A stretch of DNA of 64,000 nucleotides, taken from positions 927 through 64,926 of the forward strand of contig PXRX01000003.1 in the NCBI GenBank assembly GCA_003023195.1. The letters are read 5' to 3'. Position 1 is the first letter of the stretch, and every line of letters starts with the position of its first letter. The position numbers were made by a program, and so were the translations under genes. The notes beneath the pieces are model-generated. The model was not told the DNA's origin. It ran no database searches and was given only the letters and a program-made list of their open reading frames with translations. Origin of the DNA: Halobacteriales archaeon QS_8_69_26. GTDB taxonomy: Archaea > Halobacteriota > Halobacteria > Halobacteriales > SW-7-71-33. Positions 50,518-61,158 of this stretch are shown here, in pieces.

Positions 50518-51474
50518 TCAGCGCGAAATATCGTCGTTCTCGCCCGCGATGACGGCCTCGACCTCGGCGCGAGTGATCGGTGCGAAGTCGCCGGGGATGG
50601 TCCGCTTGAGGGCGGCGGCGGCATTGGCGTAGTCCAGCGCCTCCCGGATGTCGTCGCCGGCGAGGCGGCGGGCGACGAACGCCCCCGAGAAGGCGTCGCC
50701 GGCACCGACCGGGTCGGTGGTCTCGGTCTCGTAGCCGTCGTGGCTGTGGACCACGCTGTCGTGCCAGGCGATGGCGCCCAGCTCGCCCCGCGTCACGACC
50801 ACGGTCGTGAACTCGTAGTCGGCGGCGATCTGGTGGGCGATCTGTGCGGGTTCCTCGCCGCCGTGACCGAGTACCCGCTGGGCGTCCCGGGCGGCGACGA
50901 CGAGCACGTCGACCGCCGGGAACAGCTGGGTGAGCGTCTCGCGGGCCTCGGCCGCCGACCACAGCTCCGAGCGGTAGTTGAAGTCCAGCGCGGTGGTCGT
51001 CCCGGCCTTTCGCGCGGCCCCCAGCAGGTTGGCCGTCGCCTCGCGGGTGGCGTCCGAGAGGGCGGGCGAGATGCCCGTCACGAAGAAGCCCCGCGCGTTC
51101 CGCACGACGTCGACGTCGAACCGCCGGGCCGAGACCGTCGAGAACGCCGACCCCTCGAGGTCGTAGACGACGTTCACGCCGCGCGGCGCGCCGGCGTGCT
51201 CGATGTAGTAGGTGCCGACCCGCCCCTCCTCGCCCCAGACGGCCTCGACGTCGATGCCCATCTCCAGGAGGCCGTTGTGGACCCGCCGTCCGATCGGCCC
51301 GTCGGGGAGCTTGGTCATGACGGTCGTGACGGCACCGAGTCGCTCCGCGGCGATGGCCGTCCCCGCGGCCGACCCGGCCGTCCGGACCTCGAACTGGCGG
51401 GCCGCCTCCAGGCGTTCCTCGTCCGGCGGGGAGAGCCGCAACAGGCCCTCCCCGAACGTGACCAGGTCAGCCAT
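50518..51474 (-). CDS. kdgK: 2-keto-3-deoxygluconate kinase (PfkB family)
   Basis: TFGEGLLRLSP, GRVGTYY.E.A..PRG, DFNYRSELW, DPVGAGDAF. Confidence 0.88.
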   Translation of the reverse strand: MADLVTFGEGLLRLSPPDEERLEAARQFEVRTAGSAAGTAIAAERLGAVTTVMTKLPDGPIGRRVHNGLLEMGIDVEAVWGEEGRVGTYYIEHAGAPRGVNVVYDLEGSAFSTVSARRFDVDVVRNARGFFVTGISPALSDATREATANLLGAARKAGTTTALDFNYRSELWSAAEARETLTQLFPAVDVLVVAARDAQRVLGHGGEEPAQIAHQIAADYEFTTVVVTRGELGAIAWHDSVVHSHDGYETETTDPVGAGDAFSGAFVARRLAGDDIREALDYANAAAALKRTIPGDFAPITRAEVEAVIAGENDDISR

Positions 51475-51602
51475 GCCGGCCCTCCCGCCGATCCGTGCGT
51501 GCTCGAACCATCGTATTCGGCCACGGCGGCCTCACTATAAAGAGTAACCCCCACGTTCCCTGGGTGTCCTGGGGTGGGGTACGGCGTACGTCGTCGGGGC
51601 GG

Positions 51603-51709
51603 GTTTCGGTTGTCCGCCGGTCGGAACCGGGGGCGGCTTCGGGGCGGGGCTACCGGCCGGGGTGAACCGACGGGACGAGTTTCGGTTGTCCGCCGGTCGG
51701 AACCGGGGA
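51603..51709. repeat. ~30-bp direct repeat x2
   Basis: gtttcggttgtccgccggtcggaaccgggg. Confidence 0.75.
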
Positions 51710-51794
51710 CGGCTTCACCTCTAGCCGATCGAATTAATTACCCAGACGTGTGAGAGGTCAAACGAGTCACCGACGACGTGGCTCGGATCCGACG

Positions 51795-52466
51795 ATGGAA
51801 CTGGACGACTTCGCACGATCCAACGCACCGGACGAGAGCGCCGACCGATTCGAACTGGAGAACAGCAAGCTACTGGACGTCGACGTCGAGGGGTCGGTGA
51901 TGGCCAAGGTCGGGGCGATGGTCGCCTACACCGGCGACCTCAGCTTCACCGGCAAGTCGTCGGCCGAAGGGGGGATCACCGGGTTCATCAAGGAGAAGGC
52001 GACCAGCGAGGGGACCCCGGTGATGGAGGTCGGGGGCACCGGCCACCTCTACCTGGCCGACCAGGGCAAGGAGGTCCAGGTCCTCGACCTCGACGCGGAC
52101 GAGGAGATTTCGGTCAACGGCGACGACGTCCTCGCGTTCGAGTCGAGCGTGAACTACGAGATCCGAACCCTGGACAGCATCGCGGGCATCTCGACGGGCG
52201 GCCTCACGAACGTCTACCTCGAGGGCCCCGGGAGCGTAGCCATCACGACCCACGGCGACCCGCTCGTGTTGACCCCGCCGGTCCGCACCGACCCCGAGGC
52301 GACCGTCGCCTGGAGCGGGACGGCCTCGCCCGGCCACCACAGCGACCACACCATAAGCGACATGATCGGCCGGTCCTCCGGCGAGAGCTACCAGCTCGAC
52401 TTCACCGGGAACGAGGGATTCGTCCTCGTCCAGCCCTACGAGGAGCGCGGAGTCGGACAGCAGTAG
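51795..52466 (+). CDS. AIM24 family protein
   Basis: GAMVAYTG, GHLYLAD, GGLTNV.L.G.G, G.G.VLVQP. Confidence 0.85.
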   Translation: MELDDFARSNAPDESADRFELENSKLLDVDVEGSVMAKVGAMVAYTGDLSFTGKSSAEGGITGFIKEKATSEGTPVMEVGGTGHLYLADQGKEVQVLDLDADEEISVNGDDVLAFESSVNYEIRTLDSIAGISTGGLTNVYLEGPGSVAITTHGDPLVLTPPVRTDPEATVAWSGTASPGHHSDHTISDMIGRSSGESYQLDFTGNEGFVLVQPYEERGVGQQ

Positions 52467-52547
52467 CGGCCCCGGGCGACCGGCCACTGGCCAGCCCGCG
52501 ATCGTCCGACCCGGTGCGGACCGCCCGGTCAACCCGTTCGACGCCGG

Positions 52548-54905
52548 TCACTCCCCGCGCCGGCCGCCGTGACCGGGGTAGTCCCGCTCGAAGCGGGCCG
52601 CTATCTCGTCGCGGTCGATCCCCACGACGACGGGGCGCCCGTGCGGGCAGGCGTAGGGGTTCTCGCAGTCGTCCAGCGCGTCCAGCAGGTCGAGCACGGA
52701 CCCCTCGGTCAGCGAGGTGTTGCCCGTGACCGAGGGGTAGCAGGCCAGGTCCGCGAGGAACTCGTCGACGACCTCCTCGACCGTCTCGCCCACCTCGCCC
52801 GTGGCGACGAACTCCCCGAGCAGGTCACGCAGGCGGTCGGGATCCACCGTCGCGTCGAGGACCGCGGGGACCGCCGCGATCCGGAGGGTCCGGCCGCCCG
52901 TGCCCCCCGTGTTCTCGGAGTCGATCGGGTCGCCGCCGGAGTCGGTCGGATCACCGCCGGAGTCGGTCGGACCGCTATCCGAGTCGACCAGTTCGGCCTC
53001 GAACCCCAGGCGCGAGAGCGCCTCGCCGGCGGCCTCGAAGGTCGCCGCCTCGCCGGGCGTCAGTTCCAGTTCCACGGGCGTCGCGAGGCGCTGGGCGGTC
53101 GTCTCCCCCTCGACGGCGGCCGACAGGCGCTCGTAGTTGACCCGCTCGTCGGCCGCGTGCTGGTCCACCAGCGCGATGCCGTCCGGCGTCTCGCAGACGA
53201 CGTAGGTGTCGTCGAGTTGCCCGAGCACCCGCAACGGCGGCAGGCGGTCGTACTCCCGCTCCGGCGTCGCCGTCCCCCCCGACAGCGTCCGCTGGTCCGT
53301 CCCCCCGGAGAACTTCCGGGCGGGATCCGGCCGATCCGTCGACTCCCCGGCGGATCCGGGGCGGTCGTCCTCCCCGGACCGGCCGTCGCCTTCGGGTCGC
53401 TCCCCGGTTTCGGGCGCGGTTCCGGGCCGGGGGTCCCCCGACCCGCCGGATCCGGGGCGGTCGGTCGCGCTCCCGGCGTCGCGGTCGGAACCCTCCGTGG
53501 AGGGACCGCCCCGGCTCCGCCCCCCGGCCGGTTCGCCGCCGGGATCCCCTCCACCGGTCCGACCGCGGACGGGGTCCGGGTCGGCGTCGAGGGCGTCTCC
53601 GGCGGGGGGACGGTGGTCGTCCGCTCGCTCCATCCTCCCGGCATCACCGGTTCCGTCCTCGACGTCTCCGGTCCCGTCACCGCCGTCGTCCGCTGTCCCG
53701 TCCGCACCACTACCCGCCGGATCGACGGGCGTCTCGTCCGGGGCGGACCGGCCGCGCGGGGCGGTCGTGCGGACGAGGCCGTGGTCGAGGAGGGCGTCGC
53801 GGACGGCCGTCCTGACCGCCGCCCGGACGCCGTCCTCGTCGCCGAACCGGACCTCCATCTTCCGGGGGTGGACGTTCACGTCGACCGATCCCGGCGGGAG
53901 TTCCAGGAAGAGGACGGTGAAGGGGTAGCGGTCGCTCGCGAGTTGCCCGCCGTACGCTTCGAGGACCGCCTCTCGGACGACCGCGGCGTCGACGTACCGC
54001 CCGTTGACGAACGCGGTGACGTACTCCCTGCTGGAGCGGGTGGTCTCGGGGTGGCTGACGTACCCGCCCAGGCCGGTCAGCGGTCCCTCCGGGAGGTCGA
54101 CGGGGTCGGCGTCGATGCCCAGCGACCGGTCGGGCGGGTCCCCGCCGACGACGGGGACCATCGCCTCGGCGACCTCCCGGCCGTAGACCGACAGCAGGGC
54201 CGCCCGGAGGTCACCCTCGCCGGTCGTCGCGAACGTCTCGCGGTCGTCGTGGGTCAGCGACACCGCCACGTCGGGGTTCGCCAGCGCGTACCGGGAGACG
54301 ATCCGGTTGACGTGGGCGAACTCGGTGGCCTCCCGCTTGAGGTACTTCCGGCGGGCCGGCGTGTTGTAGAACAAGTCCTCGACGTCCACCGTGGTCCCCT
54401 CCGGACATCCCGCAGGCTCGACCGAGACCACCTCGCCGCCCTCGTAGCGCAGGCGGGTGCCCGCGCCGTCGGCCCCGCGGGGCTTGGTGGTGATCGTCAA
54501 CCGCGAGACGGCGCCGATGGTGTGGAGGGCCTCGCCCCGAAAGCCCAGGGTACCGACGCCGGACTCCAGGTCGTCGATGTCCGCTATCTTCGAGGTGGTG
54601 TGTTCCCGGACCGCGGCCCTGACGTCGGCCTCGGTCATCCCGCGGCCGTCGTCCCGGACCCGGATCCCGCCGGTGCCGTCGCCGTCGATTTCGACGTCGA
54701 TCCGCGAGGCGTCGGCGTCGATGGCGTTCTCGACCAGTTCCTTCACCACCGAGGCGGGGCGCTCGACCACCTCGCCGGCGGCGATCCGTTCGACCGTCGA
54801 CTGGTCGAGGGGTCGGATCTCCGTCCCGGACCCGGCGGGACCGCCGGCGTCCGCGTCCTCGCCAGCGCCGTCGGCCCCCTGGGGGTCGTCCCCGGCGTCG
54901 TTCAT
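52548..54905 (-). CDS. mutL: DNA mismatch repair endonuclease MutL
   Basis: IAAGEVVERPASVVKELVEN, GFRGEAL, DQHAADER, CPHGRP. Confidence 0.95.
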   Translation of the reverse strand: MNDAGDDPQGADGAGEDADAGGPAGSGTEIRPLDQSTVERIAAGEVVERPASVVKELVENAIDADASRIDVEIDGDGTGGIRVRDDGRGMTEADVRAAVREHTTSKIADIDDLESGVGTLGFRGEALHTIGAVSRLTITTKPRGADGAGTRLRYEGGEVVSVEPAGCPEGTTVDVEDLFYNTPARRKYLKREATEFAHVNRIVSRYALANPDVAVSLTHDDRETFATTGEGDLRAALLSVYGREVAEAMVPVVGGDPPDRSLGIDADPVDLPEGPLTGLGGYVSHPETTRSSREYVTAFVNGRYVDAAVVREAVLEAYGGQLASDRYPFTVLFLELPPGSVDVNVHPRKMEVRFGDEDGVRAAVRTAVRDALLDHGLVRTTAPRGRSAPDETPVDPAGSGADGTADDGGDGTGDVEDGTGDAGRMERADDHRPPAGDALDADPDPVRGRTGGGDPGGEPAGGRSRGGPSTEGSDRDAGSATDRPGSGGSGDPRPGTAPETGERPEGDGRSGEDDRPGSAGESTDRPDPARKFSGGTDQRTLSGGTATPEREYDRLPPLRVLGQLDDTYVVCETPDGIALVDQHAADERVNYERLSAAVEGETTAQRLATPVELELTPGEAATFEAAGEALSRLGFEAELVDSDSGPTDSGGDPTDSGGDPIDSENTGGTGGRTLRIAAVPAVLDATVDPDRLRDLLGEFVATGEVGETVEEVVDEFLADLACYPSVTGNTSLTEGSVLDLLDALDDCENPYACPHGRPVVVGIDRDEIAARFERDYPGHGGRRGE

Positions 54906-55044
54906 CGGTCCCGGTTCGTCGTTCGAGGGTAATTAACCCCCGCCCCGGACGCCCGGCCCCGACCGGATCCCCCGGCCTCCCACTCGCCCCGGACGCCCGG
55001 CGCCGACCGAAACCCCCTCGGCCCCCCGGACCGGAGTGGGGACG

Positions 55045-55761
55045 ATGATCGACCGTGCGGTGCTGTCCTGGAGCGGCGGGAAGGACGCCGCCCTCGCCCT
55101 CCACGAACTCGCCGGATCCGGAGGCGAGGGCGGATCCGGGGACGTGGGGGGAGCACCAGAGATCGCAGTCGAGCGACTGCTCACCACCGTCTCGGCCGCG
55201 ACCGACCGGGTCACGATGCACGGCGTGCGCCCGGAACTGGTCGAGCGCCAGGCCGCGGCCGCCGGCCTCCCCCTGGACGTCCTCGAACTGCCGGCCGATC
55301 CCTCCAACGAGGAGTACGAGGCCGCCATGACCGGCCAGTTGCGCGAGTACGCCGACCGGGGGATCGACCGGGCCGTCTTCGCCGACGTGTTCCTCTCGGA
55401 CGTGCGGGCGTACCGCGAGGAGAACCTCTCGGACACCCCGCTGTCGGGGTACTGGCCGCTGTGGGGCCGGGACACCGAGGACCTGGTCGAGGAACTGCTG
55501 GCGGCCGGTTTCCGGGCCACCGTCGTCTGCGTCGACGGATCCGCGCTGGACCGGTCGTTCGTCGGCCGGGACCTCGACCGCGACTGTCTCGCCGACCTGC
55601 CCGAGGGCGTGGATCCCTGCGGCGAGAACGGCGAGTTCCACACCTTCGTCCGGGACTGCCCGGCCTTCGAGGCCCCCGTCCACGTCGAGACCGGAGAGCG
55701 GGTCACCAGGACCGTCGCCGGGAGCGAGTTCCACTACTGCGACCTCCTCCCGGCGGAGTGA
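55045..55761 (+). CDS. adenine nucleotide alpha-hydrolase (diphthamide synthase-like ATP-binding protein)
   Basis: SWSGGKDA, MHGV, PLWG, DPCGENGEFHTFV. Confidence 0.85.
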   Translation: MIDRAVLSWSGGKDAALALHELAGSGGEGGSGDVGGAPEIAVERLLTTVSAATDRVTMHGVRPELVERQAAAAGLPLDVLELPADPSNEEYEAAMTGQLREYADRGIDRAVFADVFLSDVRAYREENLSDTPLSGYWPLWGRDTEDLVEELLAAGFRATVVCVDGSALDRSFVGRDLDRDCLADLPEGVDPCGENGEFHTFVRDCPAFEAPVHVETGERVTRTVAGSEFHYCDLLPAE

Positions 55762-55995
55762 TCCGGAGAACCGCGTTCGCTGGTCCGTCCACACGGCGCG
55801 CGGGCCGCGCCGCCAGGCGCGGCCTCGTGCGAGGGGCGAGCACCGCAGGCGGCCGACCAGCGGGAGGCCGACAAGGAGCGCAGTCGGTTGGGGAGGGTCG
55901 AGGCCCTAGCTCCTGACGGGCAGTCCAGTTCCGTAGGCCGGGCGAGACGGAGCCGAGATCACAGCGAGAACGGCCGGATCAGCGAGGAAGACCGA

Positions 55996-56238
55996 TCACA
56001 GCGGGAACGACCGCATCACCGACGGGAGGTAGTTCGTCAGCCGGGTCCTGAGCGGGCCGGAGAGGTCGTGGATCCGCTCCCGTTCGTCGTCGGTCAACTC
56101 GAAGTCGAAGACGGCGAGGTTCTGCGCCAGGTGCTCGCGGCTGGACGACCGGGGGATCGCGACGACGTTTGCCTGGCCGACCAGCCAGCGCAGGGCGACC
56201 TGGGCGGCGGTCTTGTCGTACCGCTGGCCGATCCGCTT
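55996..56238 (-). pseudogene. aldo/keto reductase C-terminal fragment
   Basis: RIGQRYDKTAAQVALRWLV.Q.NVVAIPRSSSREHLAQNLAVFDFELT; no start codon, and an in-frame TAA lies just upstream inside the palindrome. Confidence 0.85.
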
Positions 56239-56256
56239 ACAGTAAAATTACCGTAA
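56237..56256. repeat. TTACNGTAA-NN-TTACNGTAA palindrome, copy 6
   Basis: TTACAGTAAAATTACCGTAA. Confidence 0.85.
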
Positions 56257-56306
56257 AATGCGAGCCTGGGATCCACCCGCTCAGTGGTACCCGACCGACA
56301 GGGTGG

Positions 56307-57197
56307 CTACCCGTCGACGTGCTCGGTCACCCCGACCACCGCGACCGACCCGTCTATCGTGGCCTCGACCCGCGGGCCGTCCTCGATGGGAAAGGCCACC
56401 CGGACCCGCCAGGGGTCCTCCGAGAGCACCTCGGTGTGGCGGTCACTGACCAGCTGTGGGATCGTCCAGTAGGGTCGCTGGCGGGGGTAGGCGTCGTGGC
56501 GGTGGTGGAACGACTGGACCGCGGGGTGGTTGAGCGCCACGCTCCCGAAGGAGGTGGTGGCGGTGCGACGACAGACCCGGCACTCGAAGCGGGGCAGGAC
56601 GTCGAAGTCGAGGTAGTCGGCCACGTCGGTGGTGACCCGCCCGTCCATGTGGCCGGTGCACTCGGGACAGACGCCACCGGCCGCCAGGTTCGCCTGGGCG
56701 GTGCTCCAGCGGTCGAACGCCGCGAACACCTCCGCCGGCGTCCGACCCCGGACCGCCGCGGGCGAGAACGGCACCGACACGATCCGTTCCTCGCAGGCCG
56801 TACAGCGGATCGTCAGCGTCTCGTTCTCGTAGCTCCCCTCCAGGGCCTCGGCCCCGCAGGCGTAGCACGCGCCCGGCGCCGGGGCCGGGGCGACCCGGGC
56901 CCGGTCGGTGAACGTCCCCGCGAGGATGGCGTGGGCGATCCGCCGGCCGTGGTAGCGGAAGGCGTAGCCGTCCTCGTCGTGTTCGACGAAGTGGCCGACG
57001 AGTTGCTGGAGGTGGTAGTTGAACCGTCCGCTGTCGCCCGTTCCGACCGCTTCCCGGAGTTCCGAGAACGAGAGGGGTGCCTCGTCGTCGCGTTCCACGA
57101 GGGCGCGGAGTATCTCGGTCCGCGTCTCGTTGCCGAGGATCCCGAACGCCTCCGCGGCCGGGATGGCCTCGGCGCGGTCGGTGTCCGGTTCGTCCAT
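56307..57197 (-). CDS. ArsR-like wHTH protein with zinc ribbons
   Basis: AFGILGNETR..IL, FSELR...DSGRFNYHL, multiple CxxC. Confidence 0.85.
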   Translation of the reverse strand: MDEPDTDRAEAIPAAEAFGILGNETRTEILRALVERDDEAPLSFSELREAVGTGDSGRFNYHLQQLVGHFVEHDEDGYAFRYHGRRIAHAILAGTFTDRARVAPAPAPGACYACGAEALEGSYENETLTIRCTACEERIVSVPFSPAAVRGRTPAEVFAAFDRWSTAQANLAAGGVCPECTGHMDGRVTTDVADYLDFDVLPRFECRVCRRTATTSFGSVALNHPAVQSFHHRHDAYPRQRPYWTIPQLVSDRHTEVLSEDPWRVRVAFPIEDGPRVEATIDGSVAVVGVTEHVDG

Positions 57198-57274
57198 GGG
57201 ACGCCTTCACCCGGCGGTGGTTTAGGGGTATCGGGGGGTCGGACGCGACACCACTGATCGCGGTATCGGCCCGC

Positions 57275-57796
57275 TCAGACCGCCAGCACCGGCTGGCTGG
57301 CGTACGAGAGGACGTACTCGGCGGCTTTCTCCAGGGCCTCCGGGGCGTCGACGGCCCGTTCGCGTGGCACCACGACGAAGTCGGCGTCGGCCTCCTCGGC
57401 GCAGTCCAGGATCACGCTCCCCGGGTGGCGGGTCAGCCGACCGGTCGAGAACCCGGCGGCCGTCGAGGACGAGACGGCGACCGACCGGCGCGAGCAGACC
57501 GCTCGCACCTGCTCGAAGAACCGGCTGGCGCCCTCGGCGACGGCCTCGCGTTCCAGGTCCCCGGCGCGGATCTCCCGCGCCGTCTCGCTGCCGACCACGT
57601 AGAGGGCGTGGACGTCGGCCCCGTAGCGGTCGGCCACGGCCGCCGCGTGCTCCACGGCCGTCAGCGCCTCCTCGCTCCCGTCGACGGGGACCAGGACGCA
57701 CTCGACGGTCACGTCGTCGTCCGGGGATCCACTTGCGGAGGCGTCGTCCGGGGATCCACTGGCGGAGACGTCGCCGTCGGTATCTGTGGGACTCAC
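57275..57796 (-). CDS. universal stress protein
   Basis: VLVPVDGS, HPGSVILD.A, ASQPVLAV. Confidence 0.85.
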   Translation of the reverse strand: MSPTDTDGDVSASGSPDDASASGSPDDDVTVECVLVPVDGSEEALTAVEHAAAVADRYGADVHALYVVGSETAREIRAGDLEREAVAEGASRFFEQVRAVCSRRSVAVSSSTAAGFSTGRLTRHPGSVILDCAEEADADFVVVPRERAVDAPEALEKAAEYVLSYASQPVLAV

Positions 57797-57912
57797 GGTT
57801 CACGGTGCGGACGGCACCGGCAAAACCCTGACTCTTCGCGTCGGTGGTCGTGCGGGTGAGGACGCCCGGGATCCCGCCGGGCCGGGACCATTCCGGTCCC
57901 ACGCACCCGGGA

Positions 57913-58455
57913 TCAGGCCAGCCGGATCGAGTACTCCCGCTCGAAGCGGTCGTTGCCCGAGGGTTCGAACCCCACCTTCTCGTAGACCCGGATGGCGGGC
58001 TTGTTCCAGGGTTCGACGGTCAACCAGACGCGGTCGACCCCCTGGCGGGCGCCCTCCCCCAGGAGCGTCCGGAGGAGTTCCGTTCCGATCCCGGCACCCT
58101 GGTAGTCCCCGAGGACGAAGATGGCGAGTTCGTGGCTGTCGGCGTCGGTGGGTGCGTCGGGGACGAGGGTGGCGTGGCCGACCGTGCCCCCGTCGTGCCG
58201 GGCGACGACGTTGACCCCCTCGTCCAGGAGTTGCTCGACCCACTCGCGGATCCGCTCCTCGCCGACAGGAGGGATCCCCTGGGCGCGGTCGGACGGGTCG
58301 AACGCCCGGTACATCGCCACCAGGTCCTCCGTCCTGTCCTCGTCGACCGCCCGGAACTCGACGGTCCGGTCGGCCCGGTCCTCGACGGTCCGGGGCGGCG
58401 CCTCGAAGGGACCGGCTGGCTCGTCGGGGTAGACGCGGGTGCGGTCCCCGGTCAT
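57913..58455 (-). CDS. GNAT family N-acetyltransferase
   Basis: ELAIFV..YQGAGIGT, N.PAI..YEKVGF. Confidence 0.88.
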   Translation of the reverse strand: MTGDRTRVYPDEPAGPFEAPPRTVEDRADRTVEFRAVDEDRTEDLVAMYRAFDPSDRAQGIPPVGEERIREWVEQLLDEGVNVVARHDGGTVGHATLVPDAPTDADSHELAIFVLGDYQGAGIGTELLRTLLGEGARQGVDRVWLTVEPWNKPAIRVYEKVGFEPSGNDRFEREYSIRLA

Positions 58456-58823
58456 GGTTCGCGGATCACCGTGACCGTGACGGAACTGCTCATCAGCACC
58501 GCCTGTACCACCGGATCGATCTCCACCTTCCCCATCGGGCTCCGCCCGCCGCCGCCGAGGACGATGCGGTCGAACCCCTCCCGCTCGGCGAGGGCGACCA
58601 GGCGACCCGCAGGGTCCCCCGACAGCGCCCGTACGTCGGGCTCCAGTCCCGCCGCCGTCAGCGTCTCCCGCGCGTCGGCGACCAGCCCCTCGCCGGGGGA
58701 GCGGTCCCCGGGGGCGAGGACGGCGACGACGAGGTCGTCGCCCGTCGCGGCCGCGCGTTCGGCCGCCAGTTCGAGGCCCCGCCGGGGTCGGTCGGCGTCC
58801 CAGAGCCCGTACAGCACCCTCAT
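58452..58823 (-). CDS. universal stress protein
   Basis: GDPAGRLV..AE.E.FD.IVLGGG.RSPMGK. Confidence 0.82.
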   Translation of the reverse strand: MRVLYGLWDADRPRRGLELAAERAAATGDDLVVAVLAPGDRSPGEGLVADARETLTAAGLEPDVRALSGDPAGRLVALAEREGFDRIVLGGGGRSPMGKVEIDPVVQAVLMSSSVTVTVIREP

Positions 58824-59020
58824 CGGTGGGGAGTTCCGTCGCCGGGTCGAAAAGGATTGCGTCGCCGCCAGTACTGGCCCGTCCCCGGTTCGCCGGTCGA
58901 CCGTCGGGCGGCCGGTCGGTCCAGGATTCCCTGGAGGGATCCAGCAGACGCCCGCCGTCCGCTGAAACGACTCTTTCAGCTTGGCGTATCGCTTTTTGAG
59001 TGGGGTCCGTTCGTCCGGGC

Positions 59021-61024
59021 ATGCCACTCGACCGAAATATGATCGCGGTCGCGTTCGCCGCCCTCCTGGTGGGATCGGCGGTCGGCGCGGGCGCGACGGC
59101 GCTAGCGCCCCCCACCAGCAACGGTCCCGACGACGGGGTGGGGACCGGGACGCCGACCGACGGCGTCGGTGCCGACTCGGAGACCGCGGGGGTCGAACAG
59201 TTCGAGTCCGAGGCGGCGTTCCACGACTACGTCTCGCGCGAGCGAACCAGCTACCGGGCCAGGGCCGCCCAGGCCGGCGGTGACGCGGGCGCCGAACGCG
59301 AGGCCAGGACGACCGAGGAGGACGCCGAACGGTCGAGGGCGACCGCCCAGCCGACCCGGACGGTGACCGACGAGGCCTCGGCGGGCAAGTCCGCCGCGAG
59401 CGGCCCCGACCGCGTCTCCGGCACCAACGTCCAGGAACGGGGGATCGACGAACCGGACATCCTCAAGACCGACGGGCGAACCGTCTTCTACGCCAGCCCC
59501 CGACGGCGACACACCCACGGCGAGCGCGACGAGGGGTCCACGACGGTGCTGGACATCTCCGACCCCGCCGACCCCGCAGCCATCGAGGAGGTCGACGTCG
59601 GCGGTCGGCTCCTCCTGTCGAACGACACGCTCGTCGCCTTCGAGCGCGACCGGATCGTCGGCGTCGACGTCTCGGACCCCGAGTCCCCCGAGCAGGTCTG
59701 GGAGAAGGACCTGGAGGGCCGCCTGACCGCCGCCCGCCTCTACGACGGCGAGGTGTACGCGGTGGTCGAACAGCGCGCGACGTCGGAGGACGCCTGTCCC
59801 GTGGCACCGCTGGGCGAGACCGGCCCGTCGGTGGCCTGTAGCGAGGTCTACCGGCCCACGAAGCCGGCCGACGTCGACTCGACGTACACCACCCTCCGCC
59901 TGCAACCCGAGACCGGCGCGGTGACCGACACGGTCAGCGTCGTCGGCTCCCGGCGGACGGCGGCGACCTACGTCTCCGGCAACGCCGTCTACCTGAGCTA
60001 CGTGCGCCGGGCCTCCCGGGCGGACCTCATGATGGAGTACCTGCTGACCAACCGGAGCGACCTGCTCGACGACCGGGCGCGCGACCGCCTCCGGGAACTC
60101 CAGGGGTACGACCTCTCCGAGCGGGCCCTCCGGATCGAGATCGGTGAAACGGTCCGCCGGTGGCTCGAACGGGTCGACGAGGACCGCCGCGACGAACTCC
60201 GCAAGGAACTCACCGAGGGGTTCCAGGCATACCTCGCGGAGCGCAAGCGCGACCTGACCACCACCGGCGTCGTGAAGGTCGGTATCGAGGGCGGCCTCTC
60301 CGTGGACGCCGTCGGCGAGGTCCCCGGGGTCCCGCTCGACCAGTTCTCGATGGACGAACACGACGGCCACCTGCGGATCGCGACCACCGTCGAGGGCGGG
60401 AGCACCTCCGAGAACGACGTGTACGTCCTCGACGAAAACCTGGAGGTGGTCGGCTCCGAACAGGGGATGGGCGTCGACCAGCGTATCTTCGCGGTCCGGT
60501 TCATGGAGGACACGGCCTACCTCGTCACCTTCAGGCAGGTCGATCCCTTCCACGTGGTCGACCTCTCGGAGCCGACCGACCCCGAGGAACTCGGCGAGGT
60601 GGAACTGCCCGGCTTCTCGGACTACCTCCACCCCCTCGGCGACGACCGGGTCCTCGGGATCGGCGAGGAGGACGGCAAGGTCAAGGCCGTCGTCTTCGAC
60701 GTCTCGAACCCGACCGACCCCGTCGTCGAGGAATCGCGGATCGTCGACGACCGCTGGTCCGCGGTCTCCGACAGTCACCACGCCTTCCTCAAGGACGAGA
60801 AGCACGGCGTGTTCTTCCTGCCCGGCAGCGAGGGGGGGTACGTCTTCTCCTACGAGGACGGCCTCGAACTCCGGACGCGGATCGAGACCGACGGGCGGGC
60901 CACCCGCGCGATGTACGTCAACGACTACCTCTACGTCTTCAGCGAGCGCGGCCTGACCGTCGTCGACGAGACGACCTGGGAGGAGGTCGACTCCCTGGCG
61001 TTCGACGACCGCGAGGACGAGTGA
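59021..61024 (+). CDS. secreted beta-propeller domain protein
   Basis: Signal; TNVQ..GIDEPDILKTDG, QFSMDE..G.LRIATT, VTFRQVDP, LPGFSDYLHP. Confidence 0.88.
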   Translation: MPLDRNMIAVAFAALLVGSAVGAGATALAPPTSNGPDDGVGTGTPTDGVGADSETAGVEQFESEAAFHDYVSRERTSYRARAAQAGGDAGAEREARTTEEDAERSRATAQPTRTVTDEASAGKSAASGPDRVSGTNVQERGIDEPDILKTDGRTVFYASPRRRHTHGERDEGSTTVLDISDPADPAAIEEVDVGGRLLLSNDTLVAFERDRIVGVDVSDPESPEQVWEKDLEGRLTAARLYDGEVYAVVEQRATSEDACPVAPLGETGPSVACSEVYRPTKPADVDSTYTTLRLQPETGAVTDTVSVVGSRRTAATYVSGNAVYLSYVRRASRADLMMEYLLTNRSDLLDDRARDRLRELQGYDLSERALRIEIGETVRRWLERVDEDRRDELRKELTEGFQAYLAERKRDLTTTGVVKVGIEGGLSVDAVGEVPGVPLDQFSMDEHDGHLRIATTVEGGSTSENDVYVLDENLEVVGSEQGMGVDQRIFAVRFMEDTAYLVTFRQVDPFHVVDLSEPTDPEELGEVELPGFSDYLHPLGDDRVLGIGEEDGKVKAVVFDVSNPTDPVVEESRIVDDRWSAVSDSHHAFLKDEKHGVFFLPGSEGGYVFSYEDGLELRTRIETDGRATRAMYVNDYLYVFSERGLTVVDETTWEEVDSLAFDDREDE

Positions 61025-61158
61025 CCGGCGGCGGTTCGGGAGCGATCCGAGTCCCGAACCGTGATCGCCGATCGCGTCCCGAACCGGAACCCCGTGGTCG
61101 CCACCGGTGACCGCGAACGAACGGCAACCTATTCGTGTCGGGGCCGCCAGGTCCCGGT

